64,000 bases of DNA from the human T2T-CHM13v2.0 reference genome, Homo sapiens, in assembly GCF_009914755.1 (NCBI RefSeq), contig NC_060929.1, one strand, 5' to 3'. Of the stretch, positions 1 to 15,742 are shown piece by piece; position 1 is the first letter of the stretch; each line of letters begins with the position of its first letter. A model generated the notes under the pieces. It was given only the letters and a program-made list of their open reading frames with translations, was not told the DNA's origin and searched no databases. Position numbers and translations under genes: made by a program.

Positions 1-386
1 GTTAAAAAGAGAAACCACATTTTTCATTAGGCCAGGGTTCTGCTCTCCTGGCATTGCATCTCTCACAGCAAACACAGGAAGATTCTTAAAGTTTTGTGGG
101 ATGTTAGAGTGTATGTGTTAAGATTCTTAAGCTTTATGGGAAGGCACAACAGTAATTGTCTTCCCTCTTCTGGCCCTTTGAGCCAATCTGACCCACACAA
201 ACACTAAGAATCTAAGTACTTAATCAGACTGCAGCTGAAGCCCCGAGACCTCCCTTCATTATCCCAGTTTCAGATTCTGCATCTGCTCAGCCCTAACCCT
301 TAACACTTTGGCTACACTGAAATCTTTTACCAGCTTGTCTTTTGGGTTTCAGTCCTTGCAGCCTGCTTTCCCTAATGGATTATGTT

Positions 387-1000
387 TGTATTTGTCAAAC
401 TTTTGATTGCAAGTTACAGAAACCCAACTCAGACTTGGTTAATAAAACTTTTATTAGCTCATGTAACTGAAAGTGCAGGTTTCACACACAGCTTAGATCA
501 GGGGCTCAGACTATGTCTCTGGCCTCTCTTCATCACTGGCCTTTGTTTTCCTATGGGTTGACCTTTATTTTCAGCCCCATTACTGAAAACAGTTCCTGCT
601 TTTTGCTGTGTTAAGACTTGGAATTTAGCCTCTTTTTCCATACTGGCTTATATGCCCACCCTAAGATTAAGGATGAGGTGGGATCACCACATTCAGAAGA
701 CCTAAACTAAGTTTGCAAGAAGGATGGTTCACTGCAGGAAAATCAGCTAGCGTATATTGAAGGAATAGGATGATGATTCTCAAGTTTTTTTATGCATTAG
801 AATCACACTTGTTAAAACACAGATTGCTGGGCCCTACCCATAGAGTTTCTGATTTAGTAGATTTGGAATGGGGCCTAATAATTTGCATTTTTAGTAAGTG
901 TCTGAGTGATTTCTCCTGTTGCTGGCCCAAGGACTAAACCTAGCTAGCCACTGGAATAGGAAATAAAAAGCTAGTTGTATAAAACATCAGATGTCCACTG
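387..1000. mobile_element. Old MaLR LTR remnant (MLT1J/K-like), interrupted by MER5A
   Basis: TTGCAAGTTACAGAAACCCAACTCAGACTTGG...TTTATTAGCTCATGTAACTGAAA resembles the MLT1J/K consensus; boundaries approximate. Confidence 0.55.
772..953. mobile_element. MER5A hAT-Charlie MITE
   Basis: TTCTCAA...GCATTAGAATCAC...TTGTTAAAACACAGATTGCTGGGCCC...AGAGTTTCTGATT...TTTGCATTT is the MER5A pattern. Confidence 0.8.
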
Positions 1001-1510
1001 TATTTATTGACCATATTCCTATGGTATATGGCCTGCTCCACTGCCTCAGTTAAGAGCTTGTGTTGTTGCCCTTAATCCCACAGAAATTCTCTTCAATCTC
1101 ACACATAGGCCACTTGGCCAGTGTCCTAGCCAAACAGTTGAGCTTGTAAAAACCTATGGAATCATTCATCAAAATTATGATCATATCTCCCAATATTCCA
1201 TTTTACAGATCTATATTGGGCCCTTGTGACTCATAGTACTCTTTACTAAATATTGCAGGAATTTGCTTTTCAAACTATGGACTTTATACTGTCCTTCTTG
1301 ATACCTCCTGTATTAGAACCACAGGAGCCATCAGTTAAAAATACTGATTATTTGGTGACAATTGAGACCTGTTTATCAAGAATGTTTGTGGCTATGATCT
1401 TAGAATCTAGAATTTTAACCAAAAGTGTATTAGTTTTTTTATCTATTACAATTTGAAAATTTAAAAGGTATATGGTTTTTGCCTTCACCAGATTTCTAAA
1501 CACCACTGAT

Positions 1511-1690
1511 ACCAGATTTCTCAACCTTGATTGCAGAATAGATTCACCTGGGGAAGAAAAAGCAGTATCTGGATCCTACCCCAAAACCAATTAATTATGA
1601 ATCTCAGGAGATGGGGCCTGGAAATCTGTAATAAACTAACTTCTCTAAGAATAGAAGTTTCCACGTGAGAAATAACTTGATTCCATCTGG
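1511..1690. mobile_element. MER5-family fragment
   Basis: TTTCTCAACCTTGATTGCA...TCACCTGGGGA...GAATCTCAGGAGATGGGGCCTGG. Confidence 0.55.
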
Positions 1691-3596
1691 GGTAGTTAAA
1701 GAGAAATCTAAGTTTTAAATTTATAAACGCTATAGTTCGAATAAACGTTCCAGAATCGCTGGAATTTCAGGGTTACAAGTTTTATGCTATTAAAAAAATA
1801 CTATTTTACATAGCAGATCTTAAATAATATGACAAGTTTCAACAGGTGAGGTTGTTTTTTGTTGTTGTTTTGTTTACAAAAAATGTTAGCTTAATGTAGG
1901 AAAGATAAATAGTAATTTTTAGGTAATTTTGTCAAATTTATCTTTTACATGTTTATAACTTTCTTGAAAATACCTCAGTGTATACAATGGGATGTTTTGT
2001 GTGTGATATTTAGAGTTAGCTTAATATGAAATGGTTTATTAGAATTCTAATTAGGAAGCTCTTACTCTAGAGGTACCTACAAGTGCTTTTGTTTTCAGAA
2101 TCATAATTGACAAGGCTTTGGTAATTGGTAGACTGTCAGAAATGGGTTTATATTGGATATCATAGTGACTAGCATAAAACTAGCATAAAATATTAAAATA
2201 AGATTTTTTGTTAAAGGTATTCAAGATATAGGGCTTAAAACATTTTTCAGAGATTTTCTCAAACTCATACATTGACAAGGTGTTAAGAATCCAAAGACTC
2301 CTGTACTTTCTTTAATCTTAAATTCAAAGGCCTAGGTTATATCTATAAATTGTCTTGTACTACACAATGAACACTGAAGGGTTTAGGTTGCCTGAGGCTA
2401 GCTATAAGAATAAGAGAATTCTGTATCTCGAGTCTTGGAGTTTCCCTCAAGTCAGTTTTTCATGCAAGGTATTGAATGAAACACCTAAAAATCAAGATCT
2501 AGGCATTCCTAGACATTTCAAAACAGATTATATTTAAGCTCATTTATTAGCAGAGTTCAGTTGATGAAGGTCTGGACACATGGAAGACTAGTTTGAGACA
2601 AAGCAGGGAGATAAGTTAATCCTCATTCAAAACTTCTTTGGGACAAAGCCAAATCGTCTTAGTTCTCAACCCTACCTCTGGTCATTTCAGCTCAGCCAGT
2701 CTTCACATGCACCTTACCAAAAGTAGCACAGAACACTTTAATGTGGGTAGCAGTCTTGGTATTAACCCTGAACCACTTTGCCTCTGACCATCTCCCCTGC
2801 TTCTCCCTGGTATGCTGACTCTCAGGCTCTGCATGCTACCACACTCCTTTGCTCCTTGGGGAGATCTTTTCTCAAGCTTCCCTCTTGACTTCTGTACCAT
2901 GACTGGTCTCTATGTTCCTTTTTATTGGGCACACATTCTGGTTTACAGAGGAATAAGAAATTTTTTGACTGAGTCACTTTCTTGGCCCTGATAGGATTAG
3001 CATATTATTTTAGCTAATTGTTCAACTGGTGAAAATTTATCAGCATTATACAGGTTAAACATCCTTTATCTGAAACGCTTTGGACCAGAAATGCTTCAGA
3101 TTTCAGATTTTTTGGATTTTGGAATATTTGCATATATATAATAAGCTATCTTGGGATGGGACCCAAGTCTCAACATGAAATGCACTTATGTTTCACATAT
3201 ATCTTATACATATAACCTGAAAGTAACTTAATACAATTTTTAATTAATTCTGTGCATGAAACTAATTGTGTACACTGAACCTCAGAAAGCAAAAGTGTTC
3301 ACTATCTCAGTCATCCATGTAGCCAGCCTGTGATTGTTTGGCAACACCATCATTTGTGACTCTGAAAATATATAATACTGCTAAGCAACTATTTCCTTAT
3401 ACTTATTCACACATAAGTATTTAACAGGAAAAAGGATGACATACCATTGATACAGTGAAAAGATCATGCATTCATGGTAACTAAGCAGCACAGTAACATC
3501 ACCAGAATACTTGGATCAGCTGTTAAACTTCAGCAAAAACACACAACAGCAGGCTTTCAGTCTCCAGCTATGATGCTGTGTTTTATGAAAAGGTTA

Positions 3597-4186
<590 letters not shown>

Positions 4187-4319
4187 TGTACACTGTATTT
4201 TTTTTTTTAGGTGAGAAGAAACATCGGAGGCCATTGAGAGACCAGGAAGCAGGTCCTCTAAGATAAGGAGGAATTCTGCTGGGTGGCTCTTTAAAATGTT
4301 TTTTGAGTCATCTGCCTCA

Positions 4320-5693
4320 TTAATGATGGGCAGCCTCATTAACATTTTGTCTTGGAATTCTCTCTTCAATTTTATAAATGGATATGATTTCATCACACTG
4401 CTCTAGTCCTTCAATAAGCCAATCACATATTTCTGGCATGTCGTCTATAGTCACTTTTTCTGCAGTGTTAACAATGGTATCTTCATCATCACTATTATCA
4501 CAATCAACTTGATTCAGAACTATCTCGGCTGTTTTATGTTTATGTGATCCTTTTTGAAAACCTTCCTCACCCATGCCTCTGTTCACTGCTGCTAGCATGC
4601 TGTTCAAGAAAGTATTTTTATATTTATTCCTCACTAATCTAAGGATACCCTAGTCAAATGGCTGAATTTTTGAAGTCACATTTGGGGGATATTGCATAGC
4701 ATAAACATATTTTTGACGAGAATTTCAGCTGAAAGATGAGCAGAACAGTTGCCAAGGAATAACAAAATATTGCACTGGTCATTCCATCCTGCTTCCCTGC
4801 AATGAGCACAAGCTGCTCACAGACGTTTGTGAAACCAGTCAGAAAAGATGTTCCTGGGGATCCATTCCTTTTCGTTATCATAATAACGGACTGGTAAGAA
4901 ATTCATGCCTTGAAAACTTAAGTCACAAGCTTTTGATTATCACAGCAAGTTTACACTTATGTGTGCCTGCTGCATTAGCACATCCCAGCACAGTTATCCT
5001 GTCTTTGGCAACCTTAATTCCTGTAGGGGCTGTTTCATCAGCTGTAGTGAGTGTCTTTCTGGGGCAGTAATGCCGAAACAGTGATGTTTTATCAGCAGTA
5101 TTGACTTGTTCTGACATCAGATTTTCATATGCAATTACCTTGGCAAACCACTTAATGAATTTCACGGTTGCTTTGTGGTCAGCAGATGCTTTATCGCCAC
5201 AAATCTTAAAAAATGTAAGGCCCTGTCTTTTCTAAAATTTTTGTAACCAGCCTGCTGACTACTCACAGTTCCCTTCAATTTTTAGTTCATCATGATAAAC
5301 CTTTGCTTGTTTTATGATCAGCATATCATTAGTGACATGTGTTCACTTAGGCTGACAGATACATTCTTTCAGTACATGGTCAAGATCTTCATTTTTAGCT
5401 TTATGCAGTGTTTTTCTGTTCTTCAATAACTTCTATGCATCACTTTCAGCATAGAACTTCAACAGTTTGTCCTTCCATTTCTTCAGGTCACACATGGTGG
5501 TCATTCTAACACCATACTCTCCTGTAATATGTTTCACACTTACACTGCAGTCTAGTTTCTCTAACAGCTTAGCTTTCTGTGCTGTAGATGAACATAAATG
5601 CTTCCTTTTCTCATCACTGTTACCCATAGAGGTATCTGCAGGCCTCTTTGGCATTTTCAACAACATCTTTACACCACAGCACAGAATAAGCAA
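4320..5693 (-). pseudogene. Disrupted pogo/Tigger transposase (HTH plus DDE_1 domain fragments, JRK/TIGD2-like)
   Basis: ORF 5433-5693 KRKHLCSSTAQKAKLLEKLD..YGV..TT..DLKK (psq-type HTH); ORF 4923-5165 NTADKTSLF...KDRITVLGCANAAGTHKCKL (DDE_1); acidic C-terminus in 4320-4634; many stops and frameshifts. Confidence 0.85.
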
Positions 5694-8574
5694 AAATCAT
5701 CATGGGTAATCCACATAGGTCTTGGCCCCATGTGGGGCATCAGAAACCTGTTGTTGGCACATTCGGCCTACACACTTGCCATCTTATTACTCTTTGTGGA
5801 TGTGCTTGCATGGAAGAATCTGGGTGTGCTCAGGGAAGATATATTGTAACTGAAAAGGTTTACCAAGGGTCTTTTCCCTCAGGAACATCGAATAAACTGT
5901 ATGTTGTGCACCTGCATGTTGATGGCAACCCATCATAAGAGGTCAGTTATGGAATTTTCTACTTGCGGCATCATGTCAACACAAAAAGTTTTGGATTTTA
6001 GCACACTTAAGATTTCAGATTTTCAGATTAGGAGTGTTTAACTATTATAGAAAATGTACTGCTAAAAAATTCCATTTTACCGACTGAGGGCTTTTATCTG
6101 TTTTTCATGTTTTCATAAAGAAGTTATGATAAGACTATTCATCATTATGTTTCTGAAACATGAAGTTCAAATACAAGGCAGATCAGTTCAGTATGGGACA
6201 TTGGGCAAATGTATGGGCTTGAACCAGACTGGTAGCTCTGCAATCCCCACTCCCTCCCAAACATCTCTACCTGTTCTAGAGAAGAAGACAAAATAGATTA
6301 TATTGACTTTTCCAGATCTAAATATATACATATTTACAGATGGCAATGACCAGAAGTGTGCCCTTTTGTCTCAGATAAGCACACGTCCTTGACATATCTG
6401 AATAGGTCTTACATATTTCATGCAATTATAAGAATATTCACAATTCCTTCTTTTTTCCCCCTTTAATCAAGAGAGATGGGAAATAAGAATACATGTAAGA
6501 TCAAGAGAGCTAAGAGCATGTGCACACACAACCCACTGGTGTCTTCTCTTCAGATATATATGGCTCAAGTACTTCCACAAAAATAATGAACCATAAGATG
6601 ACAACTTTGTGTCATGAAACTCTCTTCAGGAGTTGAGGATAAAGTCATTTTAGTGCGGAATAGAGGGTATATTTGAAAGTGATTTACAAATGAGTCAATG
6701 GCAAAGGCAGAAGAATAACTGCTGAAAATTTCCATGCACATATAAATGCCATTGTGCGAGGTGTTTTTGTTCACACATGGGACATCAAAACAAATGACAG
6801 TATCCCTGAGGGCATGCAGACACAAAGTTAAAGTGACTTCAGACAAGTGCTTGTACCTCTGTAAGCAGTTTATTAGAGCATAAAACATTCCTGGATCATC
6901 AGTGCTACATTACAGACCAAACCAATGAATCTAAATAAAAAAAAATAGGAAAGGTCATTATGAATAAATAAGTAAAATCAGAGAAGAAACAATTAATTTG
7001 TGAAGTGAAACCCCAAATTTATGAGTTTGTATCTTGCTGCATTTTTCCATATTCCTCAGTTTTAACCACTTTAATGTAAAATAAAATTTAAAACCTTAGG
7101 TTGGGGAATTAAGAATGAAACTGGCTCCTAACTGGCTCCTCACTGACTCCTAACCTTCCAAATTTCAACTTAAATAAAGGTATCTCTTCTCATAACTTTT
7201 AAATCATTTTTAATATGCATGATTCATGTGCAATAGACTTATTAACAATTTCTCCAAAAAATAAGACCCTAGATATACTCATGATGTTTGCAAACATGGT
7301 TAAGATAAAAAATTTTAATTGTATTAAGTGCTTTCAATTACTTCATTTTTCTCTATTTTTAAGGAGCTTTCTGACTCTATTCTAACTATTGTTTCCTAAA
7401 TTTCTGCAAGCATTCATAGTTTACTGGAGTAGACAAGCATGAAATTAATGCTCTGTAGTAGTAATTCACTAATGCCAAGAAAGTTTGTTGCTTGATTACT
7501 ATGTAACACTGCTAGCACTTCAGTTCCTGATTTTCCTTCCATGAAATGATAGCTGCTTGTGGTCAGGAGTTTGTAATTCTTTGAACCAAGTAATTTCAAT
7601 TTTGTAAACCAATAAATTAACTTGTTTGTCTTTTTTTTCTTAATACTAGAGGGGGACAATTATATAATTGCTTAAGCAAAGAAACAACAACAACAAAACA
7701 AAACAATTTCATTTAGTTTCAATTAACTCTTTTGAATGAATGTTTTAAATTTTTATTTCTTTATCTAACTGCTCTCTGATTTAAGCCCAGTTATAGGTAC
7801 AAATGGTTTGCAGTATTTGTGTGTATCACCAATGAAATGATCATTTGGAGGATTTAGATGAAGCTTTTTTTTTTTTTTTCTTGTTTGAAGGGAGTAAGGA
7901 GGGATCTTGTCAAATACTTTTCTGTATAATGATTCTAGTCACGCAAGTGACTCAAATCTGTTGATAAGGCTGAAATTATCAGAGTAAACCTTTCTGAATC
8001 TACTATGGAAAAATCACAACGTTTTTGGAAGATAGTCCTCTTCATGATGTCTGAAACTCCCTAAGTAAATGTCACTTTGTAATAAGACTGACTTTCTTTG
8101 GTCTCCTGACCAGCCCTAAAGAATTGACAGTCAGAAATCCTTATATACAAAGCTTGCTGGTACAACTTGATTATAATATTGCAATTTTAATTTTGGTGTA
8201 AATGTTACACTTGAAACTTAAGAGTGTTGCATGCTTTTGGCGTTGTCTGTTAAAAAGGATTAATGAGTTATAGGTACCTAGGCTGCCTGCTATTGAATGT
8301 CAGACCACTTGCAACAAAAATTAAGATTATAACTTGCAGGATCCCATAAGCAGAGGGCTAGATACCCACAGGGTAATGGAAATATTTCACCCCACCAACT
8401 TTCAAATTTGACCTGGAGTTATAGAATGTATAAATCCTACTTTTACTCTTCATTGGGGAGCCTACCATTTCTTCTGAGTCCCAGAAGACGCACATCAGCC
8501 AAGAAAAAAGTAAAAATAATGATAATAATACAGAAAGCTCAGATGATTACTAGTTAGCATATTTTAGCAAAAGA

Positions 8575-8763
8575 ATATTTTTAGTTAAGGAAGGTACATT
8601 GGATTTTTAGACATAATGCTGTAACATACTTAATAGACTAACATATAATGTAAATACAACTCATGTACTGGGAAACAAAAAATGTGTGACTTGCATTATT
8701 GTGATATTTGCATTGTTGAAGTGGTCTAGAAACCAAACCTGCAATATCTCTGAGGTATGCCTG
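8575..8763 (+). mobile_element. Tigger1 terminal fragment
   Basis: TTTTAGACATAATGCT...CTTAATAGACTA...ACTGGGAAAC...GCAATATCTCTGAGGTATGCCTG|TA, matching the Tigger1 end and TIR. Confidence 0.8.
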
Positions 8764-11700
8764 TATTCATATTTCATCTACAATGTTTAATTTTAAAAAT
8801 TAGGCATCTTAGAACCTGCTTTAATACTATCTACACTTGTTATTTCCTTACAAATACATTTTATATGATTAGCATATATGGGTCACTGTGTTTGATCACA
8901 GATTCAGAGGCAGTTAAGTGAGAGTTAGTGGAGGCAGAAAGCGGGTAACTGTGTTCTCTGTGTAGAGCAGAGTGACTAACATTCTATTGCTATTTTTTGA
9001 TTTGTGTCATTCAGATCTCTTCCAACAAGATTTTAAAATCCTCAAGATCAGAGAATGTGCTTTTGCTTCTAAGTCCTCAGTAGCCCCCAGTTCAAACGAG
9101 TTCTTCAAAAATATTAATTAATTGAAGATAGTCTTTAATCCTTATAAACAGCTTTTAGGACATAGAGTTACGCCAGCTTTGGCAAAGCTAAAGGCACTAG
9201 GAATAACATTTATCGCTTACTGTTTTTAGGCCTGTTTGTGCCGCTTAAATGTTATACTCAATCTCTCTCTTCTATATCTCCTCCCTGTTTTATGTGATCA
9301 ATACTCCACTTTAAGCACTCATTACCCTCATGCTCTCTCGTTTCAAAAACTATCTGGAAAAAATGCTCCTTTCTTCAGTTTTACCAATGCGTTTGCTCTG
9401 CCAGAGGTGTCTGTTTTCCATATCTCTAATGATGATACTAAAGAGTTGTACCTTCTGGCAAAGGTTCGTCTTGATATTGAAGTGCAAAACAATATGAGTA
9501 AGGGAAGAACAAGTCCCTGGTTCCTTAAAATTATAGCATGAGTAGACATGGAGACATCTAGAAAGTTGATCTTGGTGTTAAAACGTTTTAATATCAATAA
9601 AAAGGCTCGCCAACTTAGATGTCAAAAGTTAAAAAGATGCTTTTGGTTATTGAAATGTAACTCTGGGGGAAATATGCACTTATTAGCTCTTCGAAGAGTC
9701 GATACAAAAACACAAGATTCAAACATCTATGAAAGTAGGGCATTGGTCATTTTATTAGAGGTTATCAATTCATATTTCCCCTATACCATGACCTCACTGA
9801 ACACCTCCTGCGACTTCCTCACCCCCCACAATCACACTGGACAATCCAATGTGTCTGCCCATACTGATAGCTTTCTCTCATCTCCCATTGGGAAGAAAAT
9901 CAAATCTGCTTTCTATCTAGTGTTTAAGTTTTAAATCGGACATCTTGGTCACAAAGCTCAGAAGGATGTTCTGTAAAGAAGAGCATCTTGCTATGTAGGG
10001 ATGTTAAGAAGTTCTGGGATGTGGGATTACTTTAAGGGAAAATAGGCTTATAATGAGGTCTCCAATATATTTTAGTAACTGAGGCCCCTCTTGGGTGCGA
10101 TTCAATTTAGCACTGCCTTCTATTGAATATTATGCATTATCAAAAGTTATACAGTGAGGTCCCACTAAAATGCGTGTGTTCTAATTTTGACATGAACCTG
10201 TGTAATACAAAATACTGGCTAATTATTTTTAATTAAATTTAGAATATTGTAAAAAAAAGACTAATCTAAAAGGGCAAAAATGAAAAACCCAAAAAACAAC
10301 AAAAGACTACAAGTAGTACATTGTATGTAATGCAAATACAGATTGTTACAAGATTTATTTAATCTTGGGTACTTCTCCCAAGTATTTTTATTTAACACTT
10401 TCATTCATATATATTAATTTGGAATAAATTAGATCAAGATGAAACCCTTTCTGAGTTCAATAATAATATCGAAAATTCTGTTATATTTATAAATTTTTGC
10501 TTAAATTATTTTTTCTAGTGTTATAATGTTTAGTAATCAGTAAAAATGCTCTCAGGAAGGATTTTATGAAGACAGTATATAGATCCATCTATCATTTGCT
10601 TTGTGTGGACATCTAAGTAATAAAGGTATAAGGATTAGAATCTGTTTTTAATAACAGTCATATTTTTAACTAAGGGGAAGATCCAAAGAGTGGACAAGTT
10701 CATTTAGACCTTTGGAAAAGTACTATTAAAAATGATTCATGTACCTTAATTATGCCAGTGGAGAGAAAAATTTACTCCTTCTTCATAAATGACACTTAGA
10801 ATTTAATTTTAGGTGTTCTGCTTGGTGGGTGTTTGAAAATAAAGTTTGACAAAACTTATGGCTTCAAAGTTGATCTCATCTTCTTGTGACCTATATCTTA
10901 AAAATAAGAGTGAAGGATGAAAGTTACTGTGCTCTTTAAGCACCAAAGGAATGAATGATGCAATTTCTAAGCAATAAGAAATAAGAAGATTGAATCTACT
11001 CAGTAAATAGATTGACTATGTTATCAGTAATGACTTCTGACTGATAAAGTGATATTTATATTATCAAAAACTCTAGAACAGAACAGATGACTTTTATTTT
11101 TAAAAAGTCCTGGAAAAATCTTTCATAGTGTTTCAATGTCACTAACATAAACAAGTTTTTTCTTCAGAACACTAACATCCTAAGTGTACAAGATACTCTA
11201 CTCAAATTTTAGACCACCCAGTATTGTCATGCAGCATAAAGCAGTATCTTTAATGTTCAGAACATGAGTAAATATTTTCTCAAGATGATGTGTTGTTCCA
11301 GACCCAACTTAGAGAAGCTGGTTATCAGAAGTTCACCAGACAAATAGCTGGAAGAGCAAGGTGAGTTACCAAAGGTGGTAACTGTATTCTCCATGCATTC
11401 TTTGATTCTCTTTTGGATGAAGCACATAAGGGTACAAAGAGAATTTAACAAGAGTCTTGAAATAAAACTTGTCAACTTAAAAGCTTATGTATATATCTGC
11501 TTTTCAGACTCCTTTAAGATGCAAGTCAGACACTTTAATTCTCTTCTTCCCATGCTAGTAGCTCACTATGGTCTTTGAAATTTTGAAAGCAAGTCAGACA
11601 TTAACTATTGAGCCAGAATCAAACTGGGGTTAAAGTGAGGTTGTGCTAGTGTTATGGGAGAAACAAAGTCAGTGATTTAAACATCTGAGAATATTGAAAG

Positions 11701-14479
11701 CAGGATAAAAAAAGGTACCAAATTACCAACCTCATTTTAATCCAGGCTTTTCTGTAGGCCTTTGGTAGAGTAACAATTTTTTGAAGGAATTGTGGCAGTT
11801 TCCCTTTTTTGTGTGTGGAACAGAGCAGGTGGTGAAACACCTTCTTTGATACAAAGAGAAAATGAAGATCAGACAATAGCAGTGGAACAGCCCCAATATG
11901 CTCTACTGGCCTCAAGTCAAGATAGAGCCAGGTGTCTCCTGGTTACAACTTACTGTAGGACCCTGGAGCCCATTTATTTGATAAACATAACAAAATATGA
12001 CATTTGAGAACTACTTCAGTCTGACTGTTTGCTATTTAGTAAGTAGAGTGGTAAAGCCATTGCCAGGGAAACTTGTGTCCAGATTCATCTAAACATTTCC
12101 ACCTAATCTAATGTCTCTTTAAAATTGAGTCGCTACATTTTTTTTTATTTATAATAGAAAATATTAAATTTTTGTGGGAAACAAAAGAGGAAAGTACTCG
12201 CAGTTAACAAAGTGCAAACCAGGGGAACTAGCATAGTATTTTAGGTATCGTCTTAATGTTCTGTCTCAATGTTTCTGAGCGAGGATAACTATTGCCAAAG
12301 ACCTCTCCACTGAACTTTTCATGACATCAGTTGAAGAACTATGATAATGTTAACCTAGATCCTTAACTCTGCAAGTGTTATTGTTGCTTTGGTATATTTT
12401 AGACAAATTGATTAAATCATGTCTACTATGCAAATATGAACAATTATTGCAGCCCCCAAAACCAGAGTCTACAGGCATATATCTGATAGTTTTAAAAGCC
12501 ATTTCAGATCTCTCCCAGCAAAATCTAGGTATAAATACAAGATGTTTTCTTCTAAGTAATGTCTTAAAAATAAATTTTCTTCCAGAATCCTAGCCATAGC
12601 ATCAGCTTAACCAGCATTTGCTAAGTGCCTATTGTATACCAGGCATTGGTATAATCACTGAGAGAAATCCCATAGAATTTTAAAAATGAATGTATCTACT
12701 GCTCATTCAGGACCTGCCTACTCTCTCCAGAGCCAGGCCTTCTGCAATATGCTTCAATCATGGTGGCACCTCTAATAGCCTTGCATGATGGAAGCCACAA
12801 ACAGATACAGGGACCACATAGTTTCTCTAGGCAAAGGGGTAAGAGAGAACGCTTATGGTTGTAAAACCCACAGTTATTTATGCCTTCTATTCTGTTATCT
12901 TTCTAGGTAAAGTGGAGAAAGTTGAAAGAAAAGCAGGTGATATAAATTTGTGTGAGTTAGCTCTCCTTCACTTCAGATTTTCCACATAGCACAGACTTGT
13001 GGATCTTGTGCATAGTGCATGAGAGAGCAAATGCAAGAAACAGTGATTGGGTTGAAAGAAAAAGAAATAAAGTACTGGGCTTAAAGCTTCCAGTAGTCAT
13101 ATGATACTTAAATGAAGTAAATTTAAAACGTCAACAGTCTTGCCAGCAGATCAGAAATATTTGTCTATGAGTTTGTGCCCATTATAAAATCTAGGCTATA
13201 CCTCAGGTAGTGACTCACTGGAGTTTCTTCCATTGGGCTTTTTTCTAGAGGTAGACATTTAACTGCAAATGCTCTGCTAGTTCTTCAAAGTTCCAGGCTG
13301 ACATTAACTTTGTTGCTCATTGGAATCTTGTTTGAAGTGATATATTCACCAAGTGTATTCAAGAGGACAGTAAAAACAAAAACAAAACAAAACAAAAAAA
13401 AACCACAAGCCTTCTCCTCATGGTATATATTACATTTTTAAAAAAGCTTTTTGGTTTCTTTCTTTACTCGAGGTTCCCAAAGCTAAGAAATTGTAATGTG
13501 TGTCTTAGATATAATCATCAAGAACTTTGCAGTGATTGTACAAATAGCTGGAGTAATACCACAAATATTCAGAGAACTGCTCTTATTGAGAATAAATTCC
13601 AGAATGTTCTAAAGAGCTCACCACATGCACATATAAGGTTCTTTAAGTTAGATGGGAAAGGCTTATAGAAAAATGCCTCCCTGACCCTGATGCATTTAAG
13701 GTATGAGATGGGATTGGCTGAAGGGTGATTTTTGTTAGGTTTTGCTCCACAATGTCTCAGATATATCTCATGCTTAAACAGCTCAACTATTTGCATAGTT
13801 GGTATTTATTGAGAACAAGTGATCTAGCATTTTGTTTGCTTCTTACTTGCTATTTCCTTGGGAAGACAAGACACAATTTGGAAAATAATGAAAAATAGCA
13901 TAGCTGCCAAGGACTTTTTCAGAAGCAGAAAAAGAGGTCAGAATAGTCTGTAAGTGTTGGAAAAGGCTTTGAAAAGGATTGGGAGTTAGAGTTGTCCCCA
14001 AAAGTTGAGTAGAATGTGAATAAGCTAGAAACTGGGAACCGAAGGAGAATAAATAGGAAAAGCAGCATGAGTTTTGACTATACAAATAAACATACCTTGG
14101 ATCATGGAAAGACATGAAGAAACTGGCCTGAGTGGAGAATCCAAACAGGTTGGATGAATAGAGTGGCACCAAGCTGCAGGTCTTGAGACTTGGGATAATT
14201 CTAGAATTTAGAACTGACATTGTAAGAGATAGGAAGGATTGTTGGTCCTTGAGCTACAAATTAACAGCCTATAGTTATCTGCCTTATTGTACTTTCATCC
14301 TCTTTCTGAGTCCCGAATAGTGAACACTCAACCTTGAGTTGGAGAAAATTGGTTTTACCTTGTAGATGGAAGTGATATGCAGTGAAGTACAACACAAAAG
14401 GGAGACAAATGCAATAAAAGATATAGAGTTTTGGATATAAGATAAAGATATAAATAAAAGATATAAGACAGGCATTGGT

Positions 14480-14715
14480 TCCTATTCCACCTTTAATATT
14501 TTCTAGTTGTGTCTCAGAGAAAAAGAAGTTAAACTTTCCTATATCTCAATTCTCTTTAAAATGGAAATGGAAAACTTTTAGATTTTGGTGAGAATTTTAA
14601 AGATGATGTAAGATACCCAATGTTTACAAGATGATAAAGAGAAGAAAAAAGTTATTTAAAAATAAGATACCCAATGTAATCCCTGGAACCAAGCACACAA
14701 TAAATGGTGACTATT
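14480..14715. mobile_element. MIR remnant
   Basis: TCTAGTTGTGTC...AAGTTAAACTTTC...TCTCAATTCTC...TAAAATGG...GTGAGAATT; highly diverged. Confidence 0.45.
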
Positions 14716-15268
14716 AGAAAGACTGATCTCTTTTCCAAACATATCTCTCTCATTCTTGACTGGGGAGGTCTTCAAGATCTAATAGAATGACAGTATCCTT
14801 GTGTAGACTAATGTTATACTACTATTTAGAGTAACAACACACAGAGCACTATGCAACACAAAGAGTCCTATAAAAAAGCATTGAAGGAGTAGATTAAGAG
14901 ACCCCCCAAAAATTTGTTTTTGAGTTGGCCTAGGATGGACCTTAAAAAATATGATTGTGAAAAGAGGCATTGTCAATTTCTTATCTCAAGATCTTCCTCA
15001 ATGTAAATCAGAAATTTATTTTTTAATTGAATTCTCTGCTAGAAGTTGTCATATTGAGAAAATTTAAGAAAACTTTAATTTTCCTTTAATTTAAAATTTT
15101 TAACTTAAAGTTTTCTTTAATTTTCTCATCCAATTGTAGTACAGTCTCTCACTGTGTCTTACCCTAGCACGGGAAAAGATTAGAATCCACTCCTCATCTT
15201 CTTTTAAAGGATTTTGTCATCAAAGTTCCTCAGGACTGGAAAGAATCTGCAGGTAGCAGATTAACAGA

Positions 15269-15742
15269 ATGTTTATTGTGGCACTATTCACAATAGCAAA
15301 GACTTGGAACCAACCCAAGTGTCCAACGATAGACTGGATTAAGAAAATGTGGCACATATACACCATGGAATACTATGCAGCCATAAAAAATGATGAGTTC
15401 ATGTCCTTTGTAGGGACATGGATGAAACTGGAAATCGTCATTCTCAGTAAACTATCGCAAGGACAAAAAATCAAACACCGCATGTTCTCACTCATAGGTG
15501 GGAATTGAACAATGAGAACACATGGACACAGAAAGGGGAACATCACACTCTGGGGACTGTTGTGGGGTGGCGGGAGGGGGGAGGGATAGCATTAGGAGAT
15601 ATACCTAATGCTAAATGAAGAGTTAATGGGTGCAGCACACCAGCATGGCACATGTATACATATGTAACTAACCTGCACATTGTGCACATGTACCCTAAAA
15701 CTTAAAGTATAATAATAAAATAAAATAAAATAAATTAAAAAA
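15269..15742 (+). mobile_element. 5'-truncated L1PA (L1PA3/4-like): ORF2 C-terminus, 3'UTR and A-rich tail
   Basis: [22 protein letters not shown]...SLIGGN; G-rich 3'UTR; (TAAAA)n tail. Confidence 0.92.

Noticed and set aside
4320-5693. Domesticated JRK/TIGD-type gene
   Set aside because: Fragmented across frames with stops, catalytic-region motifs degraded, and still bounded by TIRs.
9236-9934. 101- and 128-aa ORFs in unique sequence
   Set aside because: No recognisable domain or convincing splice context; lengths are compatible with chance.
13843-14220. 125-aa Ser/Phe/Leu-rich ORF
   Set aside because: Composition reflects the antisense of purine-rich, probably old repeat-derived DNA.
15552-15586. 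G-quadruplex-like G tracts
   Set aside because: Standard feature of L1PA 3'UTRs.
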